From NCBI GenBank assembly GCA_032123335.1, contig JAQBFN010000042.1, forward strand, positions 1-50,152: DNA of 50,152 nucleotides. The letters are read 5' to 3'. The notes below the pieces were generated by a model that saw only the letters and a list, made by a program, of their open reading frames with translations, made no database searches and was not told where the DNA came from. Source of the DNA: Candidatus Micrarchaeota archaeon (GTDB lineage Archaea > Micrarchaeota > Micrarchaeia > Anstonellales > Bilamarchaeaceae). Positions 35,952 through 44,763 of this stretch are shown piece by piece (position 1 is the stretch's first letter; every line of letters starts with the position of its first letter). The translations under genes were made by a program, and so were the position numbers.

Positions 35952-37203
35952 TAAACTCAAGCAAATTCTTCTGCCCTATAACCCGGCTGCGCTTTGTGTA
36001 ATCAGAAACAGGCAGTCTCAGCCTTCCCGCAACCTCATCCACCGCCTCTTTCACTGAAGAATACATCTGCGGGTTCTCCATAGCATCCCGTGCGTTTTCC
36101 CTTACCTGGAAAACCCCCACAGGAACCTGGTATCCTTCATAAACCTCCCTTATCGCAACAACCCTTCCCTGCCTCCGTATCCTTTCCAGGAATTCCAGCA
36201 CAGCCAGCCTTACTGCATAATACGCCCCTGCCTGGGACACTGCATATTTGCTCCTTCCGTGAAATGGTTCGTACTCTCCACTTACTCTTGCTTCGCTCCC
36301 CACCAGGTTCCAGATTGTTTTCGGGCACCAGGCCTCAAAATTCTCAAATTCCCATGCTCCCGGGATAACCAGTATTTCATAATGGTTCGAGAAGGATTCG
36401 TGGCTGAAAACCCACACCTTGTTTAGCTGCTTGTATTCCCTCACCCTTTCCATAAGGTGCTTTCCCAGCATATCGTCGGTTGTGGTTATGCTCCACCGCG
36501 TAGGCACCATAATCCGGTTTTCAAGAACCCCCAGCTTCCCCACAGAAAGCACGTTTGTAATGTAGTAGTTGTCCAGCCCCCTGCCATACAGCTCAATGGC
36601 AGTATCCCTCGCCTTCCTTCCCTCTTCAATCAGCTCATCCACTTTCTTGGGTATCTTTGGGTTGTCGCATATCCTCACCCTCCTCATTGGTGCAGATGCC
36701 CCAGTGGGCTGGACAACCGAAGAAAACCTCATATCATACCTTGGCTTCCTTGAAAAATTGATTTCAATATCTACGGGTTTTACTGAAAGGGCAGCTTCCT
36801 GTGTTTCCTCCACGCTCCGTTTGTGGGGCCGTATCCCCCCAAACCTCCGTCCCTTTACCATCGCTGCCCGGTATTCAATGACTTTGTCATATCCCTCTTC
36901 GTAAATGTCCCGCATCCCTTTGTGGGTTTCCAGCGAAAGCACGGGCCCCCAGGAGACATTCGGGTAATTCGATGACCCCACAAATGCTTCGTTTGAAGCC
37001 CCAAACACATCCTGCTTTATTTCCCCGCTGAACCTGTGCTGAGCTTGTATCTTCTTCAAAACCGGGCAGTAGCCAAGGCCGCACAGGTTCTTGGTTCCTT
37101 TGCAGGTTACGCAATAATTATCAGGCTTCATTTCCCGCTCCCGCTTCCTTTTCGGTTTCCAGCTTAAAATATCTTTCAGCCCAGGTTTCCGGTGAGGGGA
37201 CAT
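35947..37203 (-). CDS. nreA: Archaeal DNA repair protein NreA
   Basis: CxxCKG..LCG..YCP zinc site, FGAS..FVG..NYP, VPTRWSITTTDD, YYAVRLAVLE.L, C-terminal PIP box QKNLLEF. Start could be 37131. Confidence 0.9.
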   Translation of the reverse strand: MSPHRKPGLKDILSWKPKRKREREMKPDNYCVTCKGTKNLCGLGYCPVLKKIQAQHRFSGEIKQDVFGASNEAFVGSSNYPNVSWGPVLSLETHKGMRDIYEEGYDKVIEYRAAMVKGRRFGGIRPHKRSVEETQEAALSVKPVDIEINFSRKPRYDMRFSSVVQPTGASAPMRRVRICDNPKIPKKVDELIEEGRKARDTAIELYGRGLDNYYITNVLSVGKLGVLENRIMVPTRWSITTTDDMLGKHLMERVREYKQLNKVWVFSHESFSNHYEILVIPGAWEFENFEAWCPKTIWNLVGSEARVSGEYEPFHGRSKYAVSQAGAYYAVRLAVLEFLERIRRQGRVVAIREVYEGYQVPVGVFQVRENARDAMENPQMYSSVKEAVDEVAGRLRLPVSDYTKRSRVIGQKNLLEFM

Positions 37204-37293
37204 ATCTAAATAAAACCCTTTGCCTCGCCCCACTTCAAAAACCTTTAAATACCTGATTTACCCCTAATTAGATCTACTCCTATGGTGGTCCTG

Positions 37294-38202
37294 ATGCCGA
37301 GAAAGCAGATGAAGAAAAAAGTACAGAAAAAGGCAAAAAAATCCTCAACGAAAACGCCTTCTAAAAGTAAAGCTAAGCCTAAAAAGAAGCTCAAGAAGTC
37401 AATTGCAAGGAAGGCAATCCGGAAAGCGGTTGCAAAGCGGGCAATAAATAAAGTAGCGACAAAAACCGCAAAGAACGTTGCTAAACCGAACGTTGCAAAG
37501 AAGGCAATAAAGAAAAAAACAGCAAGGAAAATGGCAGCCCGGAACAAGGTCACAAAAAAGAAAGCAACGAAGCCCAAAAAGAAACTGGTAAAAAAGAAAG
37601 TTGCAAAAAAGAAATTGGTGAAGGTGGCAGCCACTCCCAAGAATGCCCTGAAGCCAAAAATAAAGGAAAAGAAAGCAAAGGCCCCCCCAGCAGAAAAAGA
37701 GCTCAACCGCGCTGAAATCCGCAAGCTCCTTTCTGATTCCTATGCGCGCCACCTCATCGTTGAGTCTGGGGGCGAGCACGCACTCGAACTTGTGCGCGGC
37801 TTTTCCAACAATTCCAGCGATGAAGACATGTGCAAGAAGCTCAAGATAAAAATCAGCGATGTGCGCGCAACCCTGAACAAACTCCATTCTTTAGGCATTG
37901 TGGAGTATACCCGCCACAAGGATTCCGAAACCGGATGGTTTTCGTATTTCTGGTGCCTGAATGTTGACAAGATGAAGGGCTGGGTCAATGAACGGATTGA
38001 TGAAGAGCGCCGCAACCAGGATTTCAGCAGAGGGGAATACTATTTCTGCCCCAGCTGCGGAGGCGCAAGCATCCATGAATTTGTTTCTGCAGCTGATTTC
38101 GGGTTCAAGTGCCCGACCTGCAGCTCAGCGCTTGATTTCCTTTCTGAAGATAAGGCGGAGGAGCTCTTCCCAATGAAGGCGTTCAGGAAGCCCCACCTTT
38201 AA
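37294..38202 (+). CDS. tfe: Transcription factor E (alpha) with a Lys/Ala-rich N-terminal extension
   Basis: Winged helix (DVRATLNKLHSLGIVEY.R.KD.ETGWFSYFW) plus Zn ribbon (YFCPSC...FKCPTC); about 135 aa of K/A-rich sequence in front; GGTGG before ATG 37294. Confidence 0.9.
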   Translation: MPRKQMKKKVQKKAKKSSTKTPSKSKAKPKKKLKKSIARKAIRKAVAKRAINKVATKTAKNVAKPNVAKKAIKKKTARKMAARNKVTKKKATKPKKKLVKKKVAKKKLVKVAATPKNALKPKIKEKKAKAPPAEKELNRAEIRKLLSDSYARHLIVESGGEHALELVRGFSNNSSDEDMCKKLKIKISDVRATLNKLHSLGIVEYTRHKDSETGWFSYFWCLNVDKMKGWVNERIDEERRNQDFSRGEYYFCPSCGGASIHEFVSAADFGFKCPTCSSALDFLSEDKAEELFPMKAFRKPHL

Positions 38203-38228
38203 TTTTCTTCTTTATTTAAGGTATTTCC

Positions 38229-38879
38229 ATGAAAATGATTTTCGACAATGTTTTCGAGCACGAAGGCCGCATCCTTACTCGAAATATGGTTCCCGGCTTC
38301 AAGGTTTATGGAGAGAATCTGATTCGCGTAGAAGGAAAAGAATACCGCGCCTGGAATCCAAACAGGAGCAAGCTCTGCGCCGCAATCAAGAAAGGCTTGA
38401 AAAACAACCCGATCAAGCACGATTCTGTGGTTCTTTACCTTGGAGCTTCCACAGGCACGACCCCCTCCCATGTTTCCGATATTCTTACTGATGGCGGTCT
38501 GTATGCAGTTGAGGTCTCCGCACATTCCATGAAAAACCTCCTTCGTTTGTGCGAAAAACGCGAAAACCTGCTTCCGATTCTTGCAGATGCGCGCCAGCCC
38601 CAGACCTACAATGAGGTTGGGGAAGTTGACATTGTATATGAGGATGTTGCATCCCCAGAGCAGGCAGATATTCTCCTCAAGAACTGCCGCGCATTCCTGA
38701 AAGAAGGCGGCCATGCAATGATTGCAATCAAGTCACAGTGCATAGATGTTACCCAGAAACCTGAAGAAACATACAGGCAGGTAAAGGAAGAGCTTTCATC
38801 TGAGCTTGAGCTAATTGAGGAAATAAGCTTGGAACCCTTTGAGAAGGACCACCTATTTCTTGTTCTTAAGAAAAAGTGA
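38229..38879 (+). CDS. flpA: Fibrillarin-like rRNA/tRNA 2'-O-methyltransferase
   Basis: YRAWNPNRSKL, VLYLGASTGTTPSHVSDI, YAVE, DARQP, IKSQCIDVT, PFEKDH. Confidence 0.96.
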   Translation: MKMIFDNVFEHEGRILTRNMVPGFKVYGENLIRVEGKEYRAWNPNRSKLCAAIKKGLKNNPIKHDSVVLYLGASTGTTPSHVSDILTDGGLYAVEVSAHSMKNLLRLCEKRENLLPILADARQPQTYNEVGEVDIVYEDVASPEQADILLKNCRAFLKEGGHAMIAIKSQCIDVTQKPEETYRQVKEELSSELELIEEISLEPFEKDHLFLVLKKK

Positions 38880-40238
38880 ATACTCAGTAAACCTCTTCAA
38901 TGTTTTTACAGCAGAAGAAGGCGACCCATAGGTAGGAATTCCATAGCTGTCCAGCACCCTCCTGTTCTCTTTCGTGTATTCTCCCCCCACAGCAACAACA
39001 ATAATCGGTTTTTTCTTCTTGTCTGATTCCTTCACTAATATATCTATTATTCTTGAATCAACAGCCGGAGCCTGGAAAAGGATAATTACAATAATAGAAT
39101 CAATTTCCTTGTCCTCCATAAGGATTCTCAGTGATTTTCGATATGTATCCGTTCCAGAATCAGCAACAATATCCAAAGGATTCACAACATTCACATACTC
39201 CGGAAGCACCTTCTTCAGCTTCTTTGTTGTTTCCTTATTGAATTTTACAACCTCAAGCCCCTCCTCTTCCAGCGAATCTGCAGTAAGCACACCCAGCCCG
39301 CCTCCATCCGTAAGCACCGCAACCTTCTTTCCCTTAGGCCGCGCCTGGCTGAACATATTCGCAACATAGAACAAATCCACAACAGAATCCACTTCAATTG
39401 CCTTGCTCTGCCTGAATGCTGCCTGGTATGCCATGTAGTTCCCTGCAAGGTTACCTGTATGTGACATTGCAGCTTCCCCCGCTGCCTTGCTCTTCCCTGC
39501 CTTCAGCACAATCACAGGCTTCTTCTTATTTATCTTCTCCAGCATTTCCAGCAGTTTCGCCCCATCTTTGGTTCCTTCCAGATAAAGGAGGATCTGCTCT
39601 GTTTTCGGGTCTGCGCCAAAATACTCAAGAAGGTCCGCATCATTTATTGTAGTCCCGTTTCCGTAGGAAGCAAATTTCGCAAACCCAACCCCGTAATATG
39701 CAGCAAGGTCCGCAATGCAGGAGCCAACCGCCCCGCTCTGGGTGATAAGCGAGATTTCCCCAACCTTCGGTCGCCCGAATTTGTAGAACGGGAAGAAAAT
39801 ACTATCCACCCTCTTCTCAGGGTTCATTACCCCAAGGCAGTTTGGCCCGATCATTGCCATGTTGTACTTAAGCACAACTTTCTTCAGTTTTTCCTCCAGC
39901 TCAACGTTTCCGACTTCCCCAAAACCTGCAGACAGGACAACAATTCCTTTCACGCCATTCTTTCCACAGTCGTCTGCAATCGCAGGAACTATCTTGGAGG
40001 GCACCGCAAAAATTGCAAGGTCCACCTTTCCTTTTATCTTTTTGATATTTGGGTGGCATTTCAGCCCCAATAATTCCGTGTATTTTGGATTAATCGGGTA
40101 AATCTCTCCTTCATACCCCCCATCAACAAGATTTTTGAGTATCACATTCCCCAGCTTTGCCGGGTTGTCCGAGGCCCCGATAATTGCAATTGATTTCGGG
40201 TTGAAAACATACTTGAGATTTGCAATGTCTTTCCTCAT
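38853..40238 (-). CDS. acdA: ADP-forming acetate/acyl-CoA ligase alpha subunit
   Basis: NPKSIAIIGAS, YPINPK, GPNCLG, TQSGA, SHTG phospho-His, NPLDI. Confidence 0.92.
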   Translation of the reverse strand: MRKDIANLKYVFNPKSIAIIGASDNPAKLGNVILKNLVDGGYEGEIYPINPKYTELLGLKCHPNIKKIKGKVDLAIFAVPSKIVPAIADDCGKNGVKGIVVLSAGFGEVGNVELEEKLKKVVLKYNMAMIGPNCLGVMNPEKRVDSIFFPFYKFGRPKVGEISLITQSGAVGSCIADLAAYYGVGFAKFASYGNGTTINDADLLEYFGADPKTEQILLYLEGTKDGAKLLEMLEKINKKKPVIVLKAGKSKAAGEAAMSHTGNLAGNYMAYQAAFRQSKAIEVDSVVDLFYVANMFSQARPKGKKVAVLTDGGGLGVLTADSLEEEGLEVVKFNKETTKKLKKVLPEYVNVVNPLDIVADSGTDTYRKSLRILMEDKEIDSIIVIILFQAPAVDSRIIDILVKESDKKKKPIIVVAVGGEYTKENRRVLDSYGIPTYGSPSSAVKTLKRFTEYSLFLKNKK

Positions 40239-40867
40239 TTTCGGAACCTCACATCAACAATATCATACCCCTTCTCATCAAAGATTACGGGGTTCAGGTC
40301 CAGCTCTTTCATATCTTCTTTCACTATCATTTTGGAGGTCTTCACCATCAGGGAATAGAGTTCCTTCATGTTTATTGGCCGCATTCCCCTTACCCCGGTA
40401 AGCAGCGGGTGCGTCTGCAGCTCATCAATCATCTCCATAACATCCTGCTTGGTTATGGGGCAGATGCGCGCAGTCACGTCCTTGAACACTTCAACGTATA
40501 CGCCTCCCATCCCAAAGATAATCATGTGCCCAAATTGCGGGTCCTTTTTCCCCCCGATAATCAGCTCAATCCCTTTCCTGGCCATCTTCTGCACAAGCAC
40601 CCCGGTTACCCTGTGCTTTCCTGCGCCTTCCATAATATCTTCATATGCATGAACCAGTCTCTTTCCATCCCTTATGTCTATTTTCACTCCCCCAAAATCA
40701 GTTTTATGCGAAATCTCCGGAGAAACAACTTTCAGTACAACAGGATATCCTATCTCTTCAGCAATTTTCAGTGCCTGCGCCGGTGTTTTTGCCATTCCAT
40801 GGGGAAGCGGATGGATGCCATATTTCTGGAGCATCCTGAATTCAGGAAGGGCGGCTTTCTTCACCAT
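40235..40867 (-). CDS. acdB: ADP-forming acetate/acyl-CoA ligase beta subunit (ATP-grasp)
   Basis: GYPVVLKVVSPEISHKTDFGGV, DPQFGHMIIFGMGGVYVEVFKDV, ELDLNPV. Start set at ATG 40867. Confidence 0.92.
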   Translation of the reverse strand: MVKKAALPEFRMLQKYGIHPLPHGMAKTPAQALKIAEEIGYPVVLKVVSPEISHKTDFGGVKIDIRDGKRLVHAYEDIMEGAGKHRVTGVLVQKMARKGIELIIGGKKDPQFGHMIIFGMGGVYVEVFKDVTARICPITKQDVMEMIDELQTHPLLTGVRGMRPINMKELYSLMVKTSKMIVKEDMKELDLNPVIFDEKGYDIVDVRFRK

Positions 40868-40953
40868 AACCCAGCTTAATCCTATAATTAATTTAAAGTC
40901 GCCGGTGGCCCAGCCTACGTAGGATATTGGGAGGGGTGCCCGTAGGGAGTTTG

Positions 40954-40969
40954 TGTAACCATGGTTACA
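40954..40969. promoter_or_regulatory. Palindrome TGTAACCATGGTTACA, copy 4 (followed by CAA on - strand)
   Basis: Exact sequence in the divergent acdB/beta-CASP intergenic region; shares 22 bp (TTTGTGTAACCATGGTTACATA) with copy 3. Confidence 0.75.
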
Positions 40970-41022
40970 TACGCCGTCTGTCAACCCACACATATTAATC
41001 CTTTTTCACGGATATCCCTCCC

Positions 41023-42270
41023 ATGAGAATCAAGTGCCTAGGGGCCGGCCAGGAGGTGGGCAGAAGCTGTTTCATGGTAGAAACAGACCAGCGCACCCTC
41101 TTTGATTACGGCCTTAAAATCCACTCAACCCATAAAGCAACCAAGCAGGAAATGACTCCCTTCCCTTACCAGGAGAACATAGATGCAATGATTCTTTCCC
41201 ATGCCCACCTGGACCACAGCGGCTTCATACCCGAACTGTACACTCGCCCACCGGTCCATTGGTTCGGCACCCCGCCCACAAGGGAAATCGCTTCCCTTCT
41301 CTGGGCAGACTCCCTCAAGATAATGGGTGAGGATGCACCTTACCAGGAAATGCACATCAACCGCGCAGAGAACAGGTATACTCCTTTGGTTTATGAGCAG
41401 ACCCTGGCCCTTGGGAAAACAGACTACTCATTGCATGATGCAGGCCACATCCTTGGCTCAGCCATGATAAAGGCAAAATACCAAGGCAAAACCCTCCTTT
41501 ACTCCGGAGATTTCAAGAAAAGCGACACACGCATGCACAAAGGCGCGATTACCCCGGATGATGTGGATTACCTGATTCTTGAAAGCACCTACAGCAACCG
41601 GGAGCACCCCGAAAGGGAAGATTCTGAAAAGCAGCTAATCCACAAAATAGAGGAAACAATCGATGAAGGCGGCTCAGTTCTGCTCCCTGCATTTGCAGTA
41701 GGCCGCTCCCAGGAACTAATCTCCATCCTGCATGCCAACCTGCGCGGAATCCCCATATTCCTGGATGGAATGTCCAAGGCAGTAACCAACATGTACCTCA
41801 ACCACGATGACTACATAAAGGACCCAAAAACCTTCAGAGAGGCCGCCCATGAGACAATATTTGTAGGAAGTTCAAGGGACCGCAGGGATGCTACAAACGA
41901 GCCCAGCGTAATTGTTTCCACCGCAGGGATGATGGATGGCGGCCCGGCTTTAAGCTACCTCCAAAACCTCAGCCCCAACTCCAAACTTATCTTCACAGGA
42001 TACAATGTTGAAGGCACAAACGGATGGAGAATCCTCAACCAAAATAAGGTCATGATAGATGGCTATGAACTGGATGTTTCAGTCCCTGCAGAATACCTTG
42101 ATTTCAGTGCCCACGTTGGCCGCACAGGCCTGATTGATTTCGTAAAGAAAACCAACCCTGAAAAAGTAATCCTCAACCACGGAGACAACACCATTGCATT
42201 TGCAAACGAGCTCATCCACATGGGCTTTGATGCAGTTGCCCCTGCAAATGGGGACGTTATCGAGCTCTAA
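41023..42270 (+). CDS. Metallo-beta-lactamase beta-CASP ribonuclease (aCPSF2-like)
   Basis: GAGQEVGRSC, SHAHLDHSG, AGHILGSA, YSGDF, ESTYS, PAFAVGRSQE, FSAH, NHG. Confidence 0.9.
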   Translation: MRIKCLGAGQEVGRSCFMVETDQRTLFDYGLKIHSTHKATKQEMTPFPYQENIDAMILSHAHLDHSGFIPELYTRPPVHWFGTPPTREIASLLWADSLKIMGEDAPYQEMHINRAENRYTPLVYEQTLALGKTDYSLHDAGHILGSAMIKAKYQGKTLLYSGDFKKSDTRMHKGAITPDDVDYLILESTYSNREHPEREDSEKQLIHKIEETIDEGGSVLLPAFAVGRSQELISILHANLRGIPIFLDGMSKAVTNMYLNHDDYIKDPKTFREAAHETIFVGSSRDRRDATNEPSVIVSTAGMMDGGPALSYLQNLSPNSKLIFTGYNVEGTNGWRILNQNKVMIDGYELDVSVPAEYLDFSAHVGRTGLIDFVKKTNPEKVILNHGDNTIAFANELIHMGFDAVAPANGDVIEL

Positions 42271-42417
42271 CGCACGTTCCAGTTTTTCACTGCTAATGGG
42301 AGCAACCACCAGGGTATTTTTTTTGGAAAGAATAAGCGGAATCGCCTTCTTTTGAACCGAAGTCGGCCCAGGAAAGCGTTCCTTATAACGTTCTGAAATT
42401 GTTTTTTTCATGAACAT
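42271..42417 (-). pseudogene. N-terminal relic of an Lhr-like DEAD/DEAH helicase
   Basis: RFPGPTSVQKKAIPLILSKKNTLVVAPISSEKL resembles Q motif plus decayed Walker A (APTGSGKT); similarity stops at the end of the convergent beta-CASP gene. Confidence 0.65.
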
Positions 42418-43115
42418 TATGTTTGGAAGTCGGTTTTATCTTTAAGTGCAGCAAGCATGATGCCCTTCTTAGAAGTAAACTCGGTGATATCCTTGGTCTT
42501 AATGCTCATCCCTCGCTCTTTCAATGGGCTAGAAAGCGCTTCGCTTACTTCACTCACCAAATTCCTATCAAATGACTCTGAGCTAGGAGTCCCATAACCC
42601 ATTTTGACGGGCTCCGTAGTTTTTACATCTGCAGCCCCCGTCTTCATTTTTTTGTCAATTGTTTTTGCGGTGATAAGGACCGCGCTTATTCCTTCAGAGG
42701 CAGCCGTGCTCATCCGTTGTTTTATTTTTTCGTGGTCCAGTATCTTGTAGTCCCCCCCTTCTTCTCCACTGCCCTGTATGTCTTTCAATGTTTTTTTGCT
42801 ATACTTCACGTTGTACTCTCCAACCAGGAACTTGAAATCTTTGTCAACAGCATCGTAAAAGTTATCCAGTATCTCCTTCATTTTATTCAGAGCCTTCTCG
42901 TCCTTTGGGTCAATTGCCGCAATCTCTTCTGCAGCTTTCTGTTCCAGGGCAAACAGAGAATTCCCCATTGAATTTTGAAATGTACTCTCCATCCCGCAGT
43001 ATTGCTCATAGAGCTTTTCAGTAACTGTATTGACTGCAACCTGCCTTTCATTCCCAAGATCAAGTTCCCCTTTCTTTGCCTTTTTCTTTGGCACCAGAAT
43101 CGCTTTAGAACCCAT
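42417..43115 (-). CDS. Hypothetical protein
   Basis: About 232-aa charged helical ORF with AGGTG before ATG 43115; no family recognised. Confidence 0.6.
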   Translation of the reverse strand: MGSKAILVPKKKAKKGELDLGNERQVAVNTVTEKLYEQYCGMESTFQNSMGNSLFALEQKAAEEIAAIDPKDEKALNKMKEILDNFYDAVDKDFKFLVGEYNVKYSKKTLKDIQGSGEEGGDYKILDHEKIKQRMSTAASEGISAVLITAKTIDKKMKTGAADVKTTEPVKMGYGTPSSESFDRNLVSEVSEALSSPLKERGMSIKTKDITEFTSKKGIMLAALKDKTDFQT

Positions 43116-43192
43116 AATCATACACCTTTGGTCATCTCTCTTAGTAGTAGGAACACTCTTTATTTATAAAATATACGGTCGTTATAAGCCCC

Positions 43193-44761
43193 ATGAGGAA
43201 CCTCCTGCTGGCGCTCCTCTTAGCGACCACCCTGTCCCTTGCAGACGATGTAAGTATCGAAGGCGGCAATGTTTCTTATACGGATTTGGGCGGGCAGGAA
43301 TTAACCCGCTATTGGTCCGGAATAGTAGGATGGATGGACCCCCTCTCACCCGCAGACCCCAATGAAGCCATTTCCAACCAAACCGTGGGACCACCCGACC
43401 TTTTCTATACAAATTATCCCAATGGCACATACTACAATGAACCAATGATTGTTGTTTCCAACCGCATAAGCACCAAACCCTACCTTTCTGATGTCTATTC
43501 TCCGGTTGCAGCAGATTTTAACTCAACAGGCATGTTCAGCATCTTCAGTGCCTTCAGTGGCCTTAACTTCTCCTCCTTCTCAGACAGCCCGCTCGGAACC
43601 TTTGCAGCCCCATTCATAACTGCCCCCTGCCAGGTCGGTTCGCTAACCTACTCCTGTGCGTACATCTATCTCCAGAACAATTCTTTCCTAGGGGTGCTAA
43701 AATTCGACAATGGCACGCACGTAGAACCCATCTTCGTTACCAACATTTCCAGCGTTCTTGGCTACAACAGTACATATTTCGATTTCCAGTACATGGTCCC
43801 CAAACAAGACCACTACCTTTTCTATGTATATCCTGATGAGTGTGAAATAACTGTCTGGATTGACGGAGTGCAGACAGATGTTTTCCCAAAAACCGCAGTT
43901 CCCTACGATGTGGAGTTCTTGGTTACCCATGAAAACTCCACTACTCCCATTGACCATGCAAGAGTCCATGTAGTAGAGGTAAACGGGCGCAACCTCCTTT
44001 ACCCCAATCTTTACCCGGGAAGGAGCTACTCAGGCATAGGGGTAATGGAGACCAATGCCGCGGGGCAGGCAATCTATGCGCTTTCCCCTACCCGTTACAA
44101 CGTTCCGGATTCCTATGGCTATGAAGCATATGCAGTTGTAACAAGCCCTTCATACTGCAGGCTAAATCTTTCAATTGCTACATACAATGCACTCACCCCT
44201 ACCTACCGCACCTCCCTTGTGAACCCCGCATATGAAAGCCAGGTAAAGTCCTCAGTGCAGAACATGAACCAGCTTGCAACCATCGCAAGCAGCTGGATTT
44301 ATGCGGGCAAGTACCGTGACGCATCCGTAAACGTAACCACCGCAGGCGCGGTTACGGGCTCCCCCACACTCAAGGCAGGAGCCCCAAACATATTCAATAT
44401 AACCGTTACTGACGCAGGCAATCCTGTAACTGCCAATCTCACAGTCCAGGAAACAGATGGCTTCATAATTTTCGTCCCTCTCCAGCCCGACAAGCTTCTT
44501 TACAACGACACGGGTCCGTTCCCAAGCAACGAAACATTCATCCTTATCCCGACCCGCTACAACAACAATGCAAACCTCACAATCTTTGTTGAGTATGGCA
44601 CAAACGTAGCAAACCTCACATTCACAGTGGATTCCTTCATAGAGCCCCCAACGCCAGCAGAAGCGGACATGGACGCTGCTACAAACGCTTTAATAGCTTC
44701 TGCGCTACAGAACATCAATCAGGTGCTTTCCAACATTGGAAAGTCCATATCAACGGTGTGA
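43193..44761 (+). CDS. Secreted beta-rich surface glycoprotein (operon gene 1)
   Basis: Signal peptide, many N-x-S/T sequons, two copies of a domain also found in gene 2. Confidence 0.8.
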   Translation: MRNLLLALLLATTLSLADDVSIEGGNVSYTDLGGQELTRYWSGIVGWMDPLSPADPNEAISNQTVGPPDLFYTNYPNGTYYNEPMIVVSNRISTKPYLSDVYSPVAADFNSTGMFSIFSAFSGLNFSSFSDSPLGTFAAPFITAPCQVGSLTYSCAYIYLQNNSFLGVLKFDNGTHVEPIFVTNISSVLGYNSTYFDFQYMVPKQDHYLFYVYPDECEITVWIDGVQTDVFPKTAVPYDVEFLVTHENSTTPIDHARVHVVEVNGRNLLYPNLYPGRSYSGIGVMETNAAGQAIYALSPTRYNVPDSYGYEAYAVVTSPSYCRLNLSIATYNALTPTYRTSLVNPAYESQVKSSVQNMNQLATIASSWIYAGKYRDASVNVTTAGAVTGSPTLKAGAPNIFNITVTDAGNPVTANLTVQETDGFIIFVPLQPDKLLYNDTGPFPSNETFILIPTRYNNNANLTIFVEYGTNVANLTFTVDSFIEPPTPAEADMDAATNALIASALQNINQVLSNIGKSISTV

Positions 44762-44763
44762 TA

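Noticed and set aside
37245-37724. Hydrophobic Phe/Leu-rich antisense ORF as a membrane protein
   Set aside because: It is the reverse complement of the Lys-rich TFE tail (AAA/AAG read as TTT/CTT).
35864-40993. Shared CNHGY(T) peptide in N-terminal extensions of ORF-track entries 20534..21073, 32949..35960 and 40235..40993
   Set aside because: It is the translation of the DNA palindrome. TATA boxes and better starts lie downstream, and the in-frame readings toward purF and Hef hit stop codons. The four motif-to-ATG distances (72, 87, 102, 111) are all multiples of 3, which I treat as coincidence.
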